This document shows, piece by piece, positions 18,160 through 27,589 of a stretch of DNA of 64,000 nucleotides; the first letter of the stretch is position 1; the number at the start of each line of letters is the position of its first letter. A model generated the notes under the pieces. It had not been told where the DNA came from. It saw only the letters and a program-made list of their open reading frames with translations, and searched no databases. This DNA is from Candidatus Deferrimicrobiaceae bacterium (GTDB lineage Bacteria > Desulfobacterota > Deferrimicrobia > Deferrimicrobiales > Deferrimicrobiaceae), in the NCBI GenBank assembly GCA_963725055.1, contig CAVRXE010000005.1:2973-66972 (forward strand). The letters are read 5' to 3'. Both the position numbers and the translations under genes were made by a program.

Positions 18160-19605
18160 ATGATCGGGATCGACCCGTCCGGCGGTCGCCTGGCGATCGT
18201 GGCCGTACGCCGCGGCGTCGGCGGTGCCTCGCTCGCCGTTCCTCCCTTGTGGCATGAGCCGAGGACCACGAAGGAGCACGCCCGCTTCGAGGAGATCGAG
18301 GGAGTCCTCGGCGAGTTCGTCGCCCGCAACGGGCTGGTCGGCGCCGGGGCGGCTCTCGTTCTGCCCGCGGAGCGGGTCTATCTGGCGAGCGCGGCGTTTC
18401 CCCCGATGAAGGAACGGGACCTGCGGGACGCCGTCGGGATGGAGCTGGAGCGCCTCTTCCCTGTACCGCCCGCGGAGCTGCGCCACGGGTTCCGGCGTCT
18501 CGCCGGTCTTTCCGCGGGGGGAAAGATCCCCCTGATCGTCGCAGCGACCCCTTCGGAATACATCGACCGATGGGAGGAGATCGTCACACGGGCGGGCCTT
18601 TCGCTGTCCGCCGCGGTCCCCGCGGCGTGGGCGGTAGGCGACGCGCTATCGGGGCCGGGAGGCCCGTCGGGTGAACCTGGCCGCACGGCGGCCGTGCTCC
18701 GCGCGGCGGGTGCCGCGGTGGAGTGCACCCTGCTCGCCTCCGGCGAACCGTTCTTCTGCGCCTCCGGCCCCTGTTCGCCGGAATCGGCGCCCGAGGAAGG
18801 GCTCTCGCTGGCGCGTGTCGGGCTTGCCGACCCGCCGTCCTCCGCCGGTGATGGACCCGTTGACCTGTTCGCCCCGCAAGGATGGTACGGGAAGGAAGGG
18901 AAGCAGATCGAAGACGGGAGCGTCGTGTTCCGGGTCCGTGGCGATTTCGACCGCTCGGCGGTATCCGCTCTGTCCGGCGCGGGCGTGGGGGAAAGCGGCA
19001 CGGCGCCGGATCCGTTCGCCCTCCTTGGCGCATTCGGAGCGGCGCTCGGGGAAGGGCGGATGAACCTGCTTTCCCCGCCGCGGGGAGGGTCCGACTCGGG
19101 GATTTCCCGGTCGTTCCTCGGTGCGGCCGCCCTGGCCGCCCTCGCCCTCGGAATCGCTTGGCCCTACGCCGTCTCCTGGAAGGCGAAAGCGGAGCTTCGG
19201 AGACTGGACGCGCAGGTCGCCGCGCTGCGCCCCTTCGCGGAGCGGTACGAGGAGACCCTCTCGGATCTCGACGACGCCCAGGGACGGATCGCCGCGCTGC
19301 GGGAAGAGGCGTCGACGTCCGGGGAACCGCTGCAGATCCTCCGGGAGTTGACGGACCGGCTCCCGAACGGAACCTGGCTCCTCGCCCTGCGCATGGAAGG
19401 GAGGAAGGTGGATATCGAGGGGCTCTCTCCGTCGGCCAGCGAGATCTTCCCGGCCCTCACGCGGGACGGCCGGTTCCGCTCCGTGGAGTTCGGGGCGCCG
19501 ATCACCCGGCAGGCGGACAACATCGAGCGGTTCAAGATCCGGGGAGAGTTTGTCCCGCCGCCGCCGTCGGCTCCCGCATCCTCCGAGAAGGGAGCGGCGC
19601 GATGA
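18160..19605 (+). CDS. gspL: GspL-like assembly protein (PilM-like cytoplasmic domain fused to TM and PilN-like periplasmic domain)
   Basis: N-terminus MIGIDPSGGRLAIVAV.. is actin-like PilM/GspL. A single TM (..FLGAAALAALALGIAWPY..) follows, then a coiled coil and ..LPNGTWLLALRMEGRKVDIEG.. (PilN/GspL C-terminal type). Alternative starts: TTG 18142, 18109. Confidence 0.7.
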   Translation: MIGIDPSGGRLAIVAVRRGVGGASLAVPPLWHEPRTTKEHARFEEIEGVLGEFVARNGLVGAGAALVLPAERVYLASAAFPPMKERDLRDAVGMELERLFPVPPAELRHGFRRLAGLSAGGKIPLIVAATPSEYIDRWEEIVTRAGLSLSAAVPAAWAVGDALSGPGGPSGEPGRTAAVLRAAGAAVECTLLASGEPFFCASGPCSPESAPEEGLSLARVGLADPPSSAGDGPVDLFAPQGWYGKEGKQIEDGSVVFRVRGDFDRSAVSALSGAGVGESGTAPDPFALLGAFGAALGEGRMNLLSPPRGGSDSGISRSFLGAAALAALALGIAWPYAVSWKAKAELRRLDAQVAALRPFAERYEETLSDLDDAQGRIAALREEASTSGEPLQILRELTDRLPNGTWLLALRMEGRKVDIEGLSPSASEIFPALTRDGRFRSVEFGAPITRQADNIERFKIRGEFVPPPPSAPASSEKGAAR

Positions 19606-19624
19606 GTGCGGCGGTTGCTGTGCG

Positions 19625-20260
19625 ATGAACGCGGTGGGAGCGCTCCTCGCGCGCATTTCCGGGTTTTCCAGGCGGGAGAAGGCGATGTTGGCCGCGTGCC
19701 TTCTGGGCGTCGTCGTCTTCGCTGTCGCCAGTTGGGTGGTGATCCCGGCGCGGGCGGATTACGCGAGGAACCGGACCGCGATTCCCGCGCGCCGGGCCGT
19801 GATCGCGCGGTATGAGGCGTTCCGCCTTGGGCAGGACCAGGTCGACGAGGAACTCTTCGATCAGGTCCAGCGGATGGAGAAGTGGGAGGACGGCCTGCTG
19901 GTGGGGGAGACTCCGTCGGCGGCCGGGGTCTTCCTCCAGGGGCTCCTGAAGCCGCTCACCCAGCGGTCGGAGATCCGGGTGACGTCGATCCGGTCGCTGC
20001 CGCCGGTGAGGAAAGGGGCGTACACCGAGGTGTCCGTGCAGATCGAGATCCAGACTTCGACGGAGGGGCTTGCCCTCCTGCTGGCCGATCTCTCCCGGCA
20101 AACGAAGATCCTCCGGGTCGGGAAACTATTCGCCACCACGGGGGCGTATTACTATTCCGGGCAGGCGGCGCGAAAAGAAATCGTCGGCGTCTCGATGGTG
20201 GTGGCAGGCATCTCCGCGGCCCCCCTGGACGAGAAGACTCCGGGAAGGGGGGAAGAGTGA
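19625..20260 (+). CDS. gspM: GspM/PilO-like assembly protein
   Basis: Single N-terminal TM (..MLAACLLGVVVFAVASWVV..), position after gspL, and a ~210-aa size with ..YTEVSVQIEIQTSTEGLALLLADL.. as in GspM/PilO folds. Confidence 0.6.
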   Translation: MNAVGALLARISGFSRREKAMLAACLLGVVVFAVASWVVIPARADYARNRTAIPARRAVIARYEAFRLGQDQVDEELFDQVQRMEKWEDGLLVGETPSAAGVFLQGLLKPLTQRSEIRVTSIRSLPPVRKGAYTEVSVQIEIQTSTEGLALLLADLSRQTKILRVGKLFATTGAYYYSGQAARKEIVGVSMVVAGISAAPLDEKTPGRGEE

Positions 20261-21006
20261 GACGGCCGGCCCTCGCCACCGTCGCCCTCTCCCTGCTGGC
20301 GCTCCTCTTCGGATGGGAGACGCGGCAGGCATTGCTGGCGACGCCCGGCGGGCAGGATAACGTGGCGACGGCGGGGGCCTGGCAGCCCGGTGTCTCCGCG
20401 CCCGACCCGTCGCCCCCTCCCGACCCGACGACGCAGGCGGCGGCGGTCGCGGCCCGCCCGCTCTTTCGGCCGGACCGGCAGCCGTTCCGGGAGCAGGGGG
20501 CCGGTGCATCCGGACGGAATTACGAGGAGGAATTGTCCCGCTACACGCTGCTCGGGGTGCTCGATTTCGGGGGTGCGCCGTACGGCGTCGTGGTGGGAAA
20601 GGCGGGAAGCAAAGGGGAGCGTTGGGAGGTCAAGAGGGGGGATTCCCTCCAGGGGTTCGCGGTGAAGGAGGTCGGGGTGGAGGGGCTGCGGTTGACGGCG
20701 GATGGCCGGGAGTTCCTTCTGCCGCTGTATGCCGGGGCGCCCCGACAAGACGCCACGCGCCCGGCGTCCAAGCCGGTCTCTCCCCCAGCGCCCGCGCCGG
20801 GCTCCCCGACGCTCACACCAGGCTTCCCGACGCCCATGCCCGGCTCCGCCGCACTGCCGGGACCGGCGGCTCCGCCCGCCTCTCCCCTCTCGAACCGTTT
20901 GAGGCGAGTTCCCGCCACGCCCGTGGCGCCGGGCGCCTCACCGGCTCCTATGCCGTCCGATACACCGCCGGCCATGGCGCCGGGCAACATTCCGGGAAGA
21001 CGATGA
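20257..21006 (+). CDS. GspC/PilP-like (HR-domain) protein with a Pro-rich tail
   Basis: GTG overlaps the upstream stop. N-terminal TM, then ..RPLFRPDRQPF.. and ..YTLLGVLDFGGAPYGVVVGKAGSKGERWEVKRGDSLQGFAVKEVGVEGLRLTADGREFLLPL.., typical of the secretin-interacting HR domain. The C-terminus is Pro/Ala-rich. Confidence 0.6.
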   Translation: MRRPALATVALSLLALLFGWETRQALLATPGGQDNVATAGAWQPGVSAPDPSPPPDPTTQAAAVAARPLFRPDRQPFREQGAGASGRNYEEELSRYTLLGVLDFGGAPYGVVVGKAGSKGERWEVKRGDSLQGFAVKEVGVEGLRLTADGREFLLPLYAGAPRQDATRPASKPVSPPAPAPGSPTLTPGFPTPMPGSAALPGPAAPPASPLSNRLRRVPATPVAPGASPAPMPSDTPPAMAPGNIPGRR

Positions 21007-23423
21007 ACGAAGAACACGAAGGAACGGGGAGAAGACGGATGAATCGGATCGGTTGGTTGCTCTGCGTCGCCGCGCTGTTCGCGGCGAACGTCGTCGCCGC
21101 TGAAGAAGTCTCTCCGCCGGTTGTCCCCATGGAGACGGCGGCCCCACCCGCCACCGGCGCTCCGGCGCCGGACAATGTGGATACCGTCGTTCCGGCTCCT
21201 CCCGCGCCGCCGGAGACGGCCATACCGCCTCCTTCGCCGCCGTCGGTGACCACCCCTCCGCCCCCGCCTTCCGCTCCCGACCGCCACTCCGCCTCCGCCT
21301 TCCGGGCCCGCCCGCCATTCCGCCTCCGCCTTCCGGTTCCCGACCGCCACTCCGCCCCCGCCTTCCGGGTTCCCGACCGCCACTCCGCCCTCTCCGGCGT
21401 ACCCGATCCGCAGGCCACCCGCCGCCGTCGTTCCCCCGGCAGGCGGTCCCGTCTCCTGCCGTGGGGGGCGGCGCCGGATTCTTCGTCAAGTTCAACAACG
21501 CGGACATCTACGAGGTGATTCACACGCTCGGGCGCGCCGCGGGGATCAACTACCTCATCGACCCGAGGGTCCGCGGCGTCGTGAACGTGCACACGCAAGG
21601 TGTGGTGAGGAAGGACGGCGCGCTGGACCTCCTGTTCTCCATCCTTAAAGTCAACGGGGCGACGGCGATCAAGGAAGGGGACACGTACCACATCGTCCCG
21701 ATGACCGAGGCGAAGACGGAGCCGCTCCTCCCGACGTTTCCCGGGGACAACGCGGCGAAGGCATCCCCCAATCAGCCTTCCATGCGCGCGTACCCGCTGC
21801 AGTACATCGCCGTGGCGGAGATGGCGAAGGTGATCAGGCCGTTCCTGACCCCGGGAGGCGAGGCGGTGGAAGTGGGCCGCGCGAACATCCTCCTGGTGGT
21901 CGACACGACGGCGAACCTGGAAAAGACCGCGCGCCTGGTGGAGTTGTTCGATTCCGAGGTGTTCCGGGCGGCGGGGATGAAGCTTTTCAAGTTGAAGGTC
22001 CTCGACCCGGAGGAGATGGCGAAGAACCTGGAGAACATCTTCGGAGCTCTCGACTTCTCCGCCACGCGGGGCGGAAGCCGTCGGGCATCAACTTCGTCCC
22101 CATCCCGCGGCTGTACGCCCTGCTGGTGGTCAGCGCGTCCCCCAAGACCATGGAGGACGTGGAGAAGTGGATCGGTGAACTGGACCGCACGGGAGGGGGA
22201 GCATCCCGATCGATCCACCGGTACCGCGTGAAGTACGGGAAGGTGAAGGACATCGCCGCCGTCCTGGAGAAGCTGTACCCCAGGAAAACCGCGTCTCTTG
22301 CCGCCGACAAGGCAACGGAGTTCAAGCCCGCAGTGGGACTCGGTCTCCCCGGCCAGGCGTCGTTCCCCTCGCAAACGCCACCGGCCGGACAGCCCGGGGG
22401 TGCGGTCGCCCCGGCGGCCGCCAAGACGGCGAAAGGGGAAACCGAGGTTTCCACGCAGCCCTTCGACATCATCCCGGACGAGGCGACGAACTCCCTGATC
22501 CTGCGGGCCAGCCTGTCGGAGTACGCGGACGCCCTGGAGATCCTGAAGGCGGTGGACGTCTACCCGCAGCAGGTGCTGCTCGAGGTGCTGGTGGGGGAGG
22601 TGAACCTCAAGGACGATCTGCGGCTCGGGATCGACTGGACGTGGACGGGCAGCGGCGGGGGATACAACCAGACCGCCACCCTCGCACCCGGCGCGCTCCC
22701 CGGGCTGAACAATTTCACCTACCTGATCGAGAAGACGGGGAAGCTGACGGCGGCGTTCCGGTCGCTGGCGGAGGACGGCCGGGCCTCGGTCATCTCCTCG
22801 CCGAGCGTCATCGCGACCAACGGGAAGAAGTCGAAGATCAACGTGGTGGACCAGATCCCCATCACCTCCTCGGTCCTGAACAGCGCCACGAACCCGCCGG
22901 TGACGACCACCACCGTGGAGTACCGCGACGTGGGCGTCATCCTCACCTTCACGCCGTTCATCAACGACGAAGGGCTGGTGACGCTCGAGATCGAGCAGGA
23001 GGTGAGCGATGTCAACACCCTCTCCGCGGCGTGAACGCGAACCCGACCTTCTTCAAGCGGAGCATCTCCACGAATCTGATCGCCTCGCAGGACCAGAGCA
23101 TCGTCCTGGGCGGGCTGGTGAAGGAGCGCAAGTCGCTCGACCGGAGCGGGCTGCCGTGGTTCTACAAGATCCCCGTTTTCGGGTGGATCTTCGGGTCCCG
23201 GACGGACAGCGTCAGCCGGAACGAACTGCTGATCTTCATCACGCCGCGCGTGATCCGCAGCGTGGAGCAGGGGATCCAGCTCAGCCGGGACTTCGAGGAG
23301 CGGGTGGCGCAGCTGAAGTCCCGCATGAAGGAGACGCAGGGGATCCGGCTGAAGGTCCAGCCGGTCTTGCCGGTGCCCGACCCGACGAGAAACATCCCCC
23401 CGGCCGAAACGCCGCCGCAGTAA
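21003..23423 (+). CDS. gspD: Type II secretion secretin GspD, at least 4 frame breaks as sequenced
   Basis: Signal peptide MNRIGWLLCVAALFAANVVAAEE (frame 0), then a Pro-rich tandem-repeat linker. N0-N3 domains follow (..FFVKFNNADIYEVIHTLG.., ..RAYPLQYIAVAEMAKVI.., ..NILLVVDT..), then the secretin core (..DWTWTG.., ..VISSPSVIATNGKKSKINVVDQIPI.., ..VEYRDVGVILTFTPFINDEGLVTLEIEQEVS.., ..IVLGGLV..IPVFGWIFG..ELLIFITPRVI). Frame changes lie in 21270-21340, at ~21462-21467, at ~22068-22071 and at ~23028. Confidence 0.85.
21274..21400 (+). repeat. Tandem 33/30-bp coding repeat (about 4 units) in the secretin N-terminal linker
   Basis: Units at 21274-21306, 21307-21336 (30 bp), 21337-21369 and 21370-~21400, with consensus TTCCCGACCGCCACTCCGCCNCCGCCTTCCGGG. 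This encodes (F)PTATPPPPSG. A related unit (VTTPPPPPSA) lies just upstream. Confidence 0.85.
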
Positions 23424-23438
23424 GACATCCCGCCGGGG

Positions 23439-23946
23439 TCATATCCAGCGGGAGAAGTCTCCGGGGAGCGTGTGCGACTTGTAACACGATGACGCCCTCG
23501 CGGCCGATGAGCACGTACGTGGGAATCCCGACCACCCCGTACGCCCGGGCCGCCTGTCCCTGTTCGTCGAGGAGAACCGGGTACCGGATCGCGCGCGACT
23601 TGACCGCCTGCTCGACCTTTTCCCGGGACTCCCTGAAGTCGAGCCCGAAGACCAGCAATTTTTCCTTGAGCGGTCCCGTGACCAGCGCGTTGATCTCCGG
23701 GATGGCCGCCTTGCACTCCGGGCACCACGTCGCCCAGAAGACGAGGAGGACCGGGGTCTTCCCGAGGAACGGTCCGAGCGTCACCTGCCGGCCATCGAGA
23801 TCCGGCAGGGTGAAATCCGCGGGCCGGTCGCTTCCCGCACCGGATGCCACGGCCCCGCCGGCTGACAGAAGGGCAGAATCGGGTCCCGCGAGAGCGACCC
23901 CGCACAGAAGGAACAGCATCGCGGCGACGGCGAACCGGCACGGCAT
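23439..23946 (-). CDS. TlpA/ResA-like periplasmic thiol:disulfide oxidoreductase, probable 1-nt frame break near the 3' end
   Basis: RBS GGAGGGGA. Signal/anchor MPCRFAVAAMLFLLCGVALAG, thioredoxin motif FWATWCPECK, and ..GVVGIPTYVLIGREGVIV... As sequenced the ORF runs on to 23281, overlapping gspD. Removing one base at ~23483-23485 gives ..VIVYKSHTLPGDFSRWI* with the stop at 23439-23441. Confidence 0.75.
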
Positions 23947-23996
23947 CGTCCCCTCCTTCCACCGTTCGATGGGTCCCGACCCGGGAGCGTTTCGGG

Positions 23997-24707
23997 TCAT
24001 ATCAGCCGCTTCCCCGCCTCGAGGAGAAGGTATTCGCCCGCCAGCAGGAGCACGACGCCGAACGCCCGCTGGACCTTCACCGTCCACCCCCCCCCCTTCG
24101 GGAGGTTCGAGACCAATCCCGCGAACGTGCCGAGTGCCACGACGGGAAGCCCCATCCCCAGCGCGAAGGTGAACAGGAGGGTCGCCCCGAAGAAGGGGCG
24201 CCCGCTCGCCCCGACATAGAGGAGCAGTCCCCCGAGCACCGGCGCCGTGCACGGCCCGACGACCAGGCCCGACAGCAGGCCCACGACGAAGGCGCCCCCC
24301 GCCCCCCGTGCCTTCCCCGGTGGCCCTCCGGCGCCGGCGAAGATCGCCAGTGCCGGGAGATGGAAGACGTCGAACAGGGAAAGGGCGAAGAGGATGCAGA
24401 CGTTCCCGAGGATCAGGTACGAGAGGGGGTGCGCCGTCGCCTCGCCGAACACGCTGCCGGAAAGCGCGGCCGCCATCCCGAGGGCCGCGTACGTCATCGC
24501 CATCCCGAGAGCGTAGGACGCGGATACGAGGAACGCCTGCCGGCGGGACCCCCCGGTGCGGCTTCCGATGTACCCCACCGTCACCGGGAGGATCGGGTAG
24601 ACGCACGGGGTGAAACTTGCGAGGATCCCTCCGAGAAAAGCGATGGCGTACGCAAGCGGGGAGCCCGCCTGGAGGTGCGCCTGGAACGAGGAGAAGAGCA
24701 TCTGCAT
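23997..24707 (-). CDS. ccdA: Cytochrome c biogenesis thiol-transfer membrane protein CcdA (DsbD transmembrane-domain family)
   Basis: MQMLFSSFQAHL.., two conserved Cys-Pro motifs (..ASFTPCVYPILP.., ..VVGPCTAPVLG..) and 6 hydrophobic helices. Confidence 0.85.
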   Translation of the reverse strand: MQMLFSSFQAHLQAGSPLAYAIAFLGGILASFTPCVYPILPVTVGYIGSRTGGSRRQAFLVSASYALGMAMTYAALGMAAALSGSVFGEATAHPLSYLILGNVCILFALSLFDVFHLPALAIFAGAGGPPGKARGAGGAFVVGLLSGLVVGPCTAPVLGGLLLYVGASGRPFFGATLLFTFALGMGLPVVALGTFAGLVSNLPKGGGWTVKVQRAFGVVLLLAGEYLLLEAGKRLI

Positions 24708-24772
24708 CGGGGCGGCGCTTTCCGTCCCCGGAGAGGGACCGGGAATCGATGGAATCAGTTGTCCCGGACAGT

Positions 24773-25555
24773 CTACCGGGCGCCGTTCAGGAGCGAGAGC
24801 AGCGCCTCCGCCTCCATGTAGCCGCTGACCATGCGCCCGTTGGGGAGGATCATGGTCGGCGTCCCCTCGATCTTCAGCCGGTCGGCGAGCTTCATCGTCT
24901 CGTTCACCGCGTCGCTCTCGCACGACGGGGCCGGGAGCTCCTTCCCGGCGTAGGCCTCGTCGAGCATCTTCTCCGATTTCGAGCAGACGACGGCGAGGCA
25001 ATTCCGGTACGTGGCCTTGTCGTTCCTGTTTCGCGGATACGGCATCACGAGGAACGCAACGTCCTTATCCTTCGCCGCCGCCTTTTTGATCTCCCCGTGC
25101 AGCTTCACGCAGTACGGGCAGGTGGGGTCGGTGAGGACGATGACCGCCTTCTTCGCCGCCTTGCTCCCGATCCGGACGGCGTCCTTGACCGGGATGGAAG
25201 CGACGTCCACGCGGTTCAGGTCCTGGTACCGCAGCCCGGTGAGGTTCTCCATGTTCGCCAGGCGGATGAACTGTCCGTTGAAGAGGTACTTCAGGGAATA
25301 GTCGAGGTAGATCGGATACGTTTTTCCGCTTCGCGCGACGTCCACCTCCCATACCCCGGGGAACGGCCCCGGCACGACGGCGACGACGTTGTCCACGACC
25401 TTCCCGAGCAGCTTCCCCGCCTCCTCTTTCGAGAGTTTGTGGCACTCCGTACAGTCCCCGGCGATCCCGGCCTCTTTCCGGAACGCAGCCGCGGGTGTGG
25501 AAAGGAACAGGGCGAGAAACGAGGCGAGGACGCAGGCGGTCAGGAACGGTTTCAT
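24773..25555 (-). CDS. DsbC/DsbG-like thioredoxin-fold protein with an N-terminal CxxCH motif
   Basis: RBS AAGGAGA. Signal peptide MKPFLTACVLASFLALFLSTPAAA, then ..GDCTECHKLSKEEAGKLL... The thioredoxin fold carries ..VLTDPTCPYCVKLH.. and ..IEGTPTMILPNGRMVSGY... Confidence 0.75.
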   Translation of the reverse strand: MKPFLTACVLASFLALFLSTPAAAFRKEAGIAGDCTECHKLSKEEAGKLLGKVVDNVVAVVPGPFPGVWEVDVARSGKTYPIYLDYSLKYLFNGQFIRLANMENLTGLRYQDLNRVDVASIPVKDAVRIGSKAAKKAVIVLTDPTCPYCVKLHGEIKKAAAKDKDVAFLVMPYPRNRNDKATYRNCLAVVCSKSEKMLDEAYAGKELPAPSCESDAVNETMKLADRLKIEGTPTMILPNGRMVSGYMEAEALLSLLNGAR

Positions 25556-25789
25556 CCGGAGTCTCCTTGTGGGGGGCATGGAAACAATTGTACACCGACT
25601 ACCGCGGCATTTCGCCGAATTCGAGGATGCGTTGCGTGGATCCACCTGCTTCGCCGCCCTTCCGTTCGGCCCTGCCTCCTGCCGCTTTCCCCATTGTCGG
25701 TGCCGGCTGTGGAAGATTGTTGTTGATAGGATCGGTTATTTTTGGGAAAATCTTTGTCATTCCAAATTCCGTTTTGTTTGGGGGTACGA

Positions 25790-27109
25790 ATGGGACGTCC
25801 GACGACCGTGGCCTCTCCCGGGAAACGAGTGCTCCCTGCCGTTGTTGCCGTCACGCTGTTCCTTCCCCTCCTGTTCGCGGGCACGGCCCTGGCGGCCGAC
25901 CTTTCCCTCTCCTCGAAGACCTACGGCCTGGCATACGAGCGGGAGCAGGCCGGGGGTCAGAAGGACCGGTACGTCCCACTGTACGAGTACCTGTCGGCGG
26001 ACGCGGCGAACCTGGGGGGAAAGCCCCTCTCCTTCCACTTCTACGGCTGGGGGCGGGTCGACCTCGACACGGATAGCGGCTCCGGGAGTACCTCCGGGGA
26101 GGTCGGGAGCATCTACCTGGAGTATCTCCATCCGGAGGGGAACGCCCAGGCGAAGCTGGGCCGGTTCTTCCTCACGGAGGGGGCGGCGATGGAGATCATC
26201 GACGGCGCGTTCGTCAAGGCGACGACCCCCATCGGTCTTGGGGTTTCCCTCTACGGCGGCGTCCCGGTGGAGTACTCCATCCTTGGCAACACGAGCGGGG
26301 GAGATTCCCTCTTCGGCGGCCGGGTATTCTTCGTCCGCCCGGGGTTCGTGGAGATCGGGGCATCGTACCTGAAGGAGAACGGGACGTTCCAGGAGGGGAA
26401 GGACCGTGAGCTGGTCGGCGGCGACCTGTGGCTGCGCGTCGCCCCGTCGGTGGAATTGACCGGCCAGGCGGCGTACAACCGGTCGGTCAGCGAGATGGCC
26501 TCGCAGCGTTACGCGGTCCGGATCGTCCCCGGCTCTACCCTCGACATCTCCGCGGGCTACGAGTCGTACACATACAAAGGGCTCTTCCAACCCGCGCTGA
26601 ACCCGGCGTTCGTATTCCCCTCGGTGAACCCCGACGACAAGGTCGATGTGATCTTCGGCATCGTGGACTGGACGTTCGTCCCCGGCTGGACGCTTGAGGT
26701 GGCGGGGAAGAACATCCGGCACGACAAGTCCGACCCCGGGGACGCCAACCGCGGGGAGGTCGGGCTGCGCTACTCCTACAACGACAAGAAGGACACGGCG
26801 GGGCTCTCCGCCGCCTTCGTCTCCGCCGACCGGGAGGAGAACGAGTACCAGGAGTACCGCGGCTTCGCCACCTACTCGCCGGGGAAGACCCGGCTGACCC
26901 TCGATGCCCTGACCCAGCAGTACAAGAAGGAGATCAACGGGAAGAAGGACCAGGTCCAGGTGGTCGCCACGGCGGGGTACCAGCTCCTCGCGGCGCTGCA
27001 GCTCTCCGGCAACCTGATGTACACGCAAAGCCCCAGCTTCCAGGAAGACTGGGCGGGGTTGGTCCGGGTGACCTACGATTTCGCGATGAGCACGGGAGGG
27101 AAGAAATGA
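25790..27109 (+). CDS. Large outer-membrane beta-barrel (porin-like) protein, first gene of the cytochrome trio
   Basis: Signal peptide ..VVAVTLFLPLLFAGTALA|ADL. The ~440-aa mature part consists of short alternating strands rich in G/Y/W/F, with aromatic beta-signal ..GLVRVTYDF near the end. The stop overlaps the next start (ATGA). An alternative TTG start lies at 25742. Confidence 0.75.
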   Translation: MGRPTTVASPGKRVLPAVVAVTLFLPLLFAGTALAADLSLSSKTYGLAYEREQAGGQKDRYVPLYEYLSADAANLGGKPLSFHFYGWGRVDLDTDSGSGSTSGEVGSIYLEYLHPEGNAQAKLGRFFLTEGAAMEIIDGAFVKATTPIGLGVSLYGGVPVEYSILGNTSGGDSLFGGRVFFVRPGFVEIGASYLKENGTFQEGKDRELVGGDLWLRVAPSVELTGQAAYNRSVSEMASQRYAVRIVPGSTLDISAGYESYTYKGLFQPALNPAFVFPSVNPDDKVDVIFGIVDWTFVPGWTLEVAGKNIRHDKSDPGDANRGEVGLRYSYNDKKDTAGLSAAFVSADREENEYQEYRGFATYSPGKTRLTLDALTQQYKKEINGKKDQVQVVATAGYQLLAALQLSGNLMYTQSPSFQEDWAGLVRVTYDFAMSTGGKK

Positions 27110-27576
27110 TGCGCCGCTCTCACGCCGTGAAGATCCTCGGGGCGGCCCTGCTCGCCCTGATGTTCGGCTGCTCCGCCGTCTCGAAGACCCCGTCGGTTCC
27201 CCCGAAACACCCGGAGGATCTGCCGCAGGGGCGGGTCGACTGCCTCGAGTGCCACAAGGACGTGTCCGCCGGGGCGCTGAAGCCGTACGCGAATTTCCGG
27301 CACTCCGTGGTCTTCATCAACTCCCACGGCACGTACGCCCGCCAGGGGCAGAACCTGTGCTCCTCCTGCCACAAGCCGGAGTTCTGCCAGACGTGCCACG
27401 CCGGGAAGGAGGAGCTGAAGCCGAACACGAAGATGGGCGACCGGCCGGACCGGATGGCGCCGCACCGGGGGGATTACATCGCCACCCACCGGATCGACGG
27501 GCGCCTCGACCCCGGGTCTTGCTACCGGTGCCACGGGAACAAGAGCGACAGCCGGTGCAAGCAGTGCCACAAGTAG
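27106..27576 (+). CDS. Small pentahaem c-type cytochrome (signal peptide/lipobox-like LMFGC)
   Basis: 156 aa with five CxxCH motifs: CLECH, CSSCH, CQTCH, CYRCH, CKQCH. Hydrophobic signal sequence MMRRSHAVKILGAALLALMFGCS. Confidence 0.85.
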   Translation: MMRRSHAVKILGAALLALMFGCSAVSKTPSVPPKHPEDLPQGRVDCLECHKDVSAGALKPYANFRHSVVFINSHGTYARQGQNLCSSCHKPEFCQTCHAGKEELKPNTKMGDRPDRMAPHRGDYIATHRIDGRLDPGSCYRCHGNKSDSRCKQCHK

Positions 27577-27589
27577 GACGGGAGGAGAC

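Noticed and set aside
21274-21400. The tandem repeats at 21274-21400 and 53791-53900 as CRISPR arrays or minisatellite-type non-coding repeats.
   Set aside because: There are no unique spacers between the units. The periods are multiples of three (33/30 bp and 27 bp), and the repeats sit inside the secretin and DctM coding sequences, encoding Pro- or Gly/Glu-rich peptide repeats. No cas genes are present in the window.
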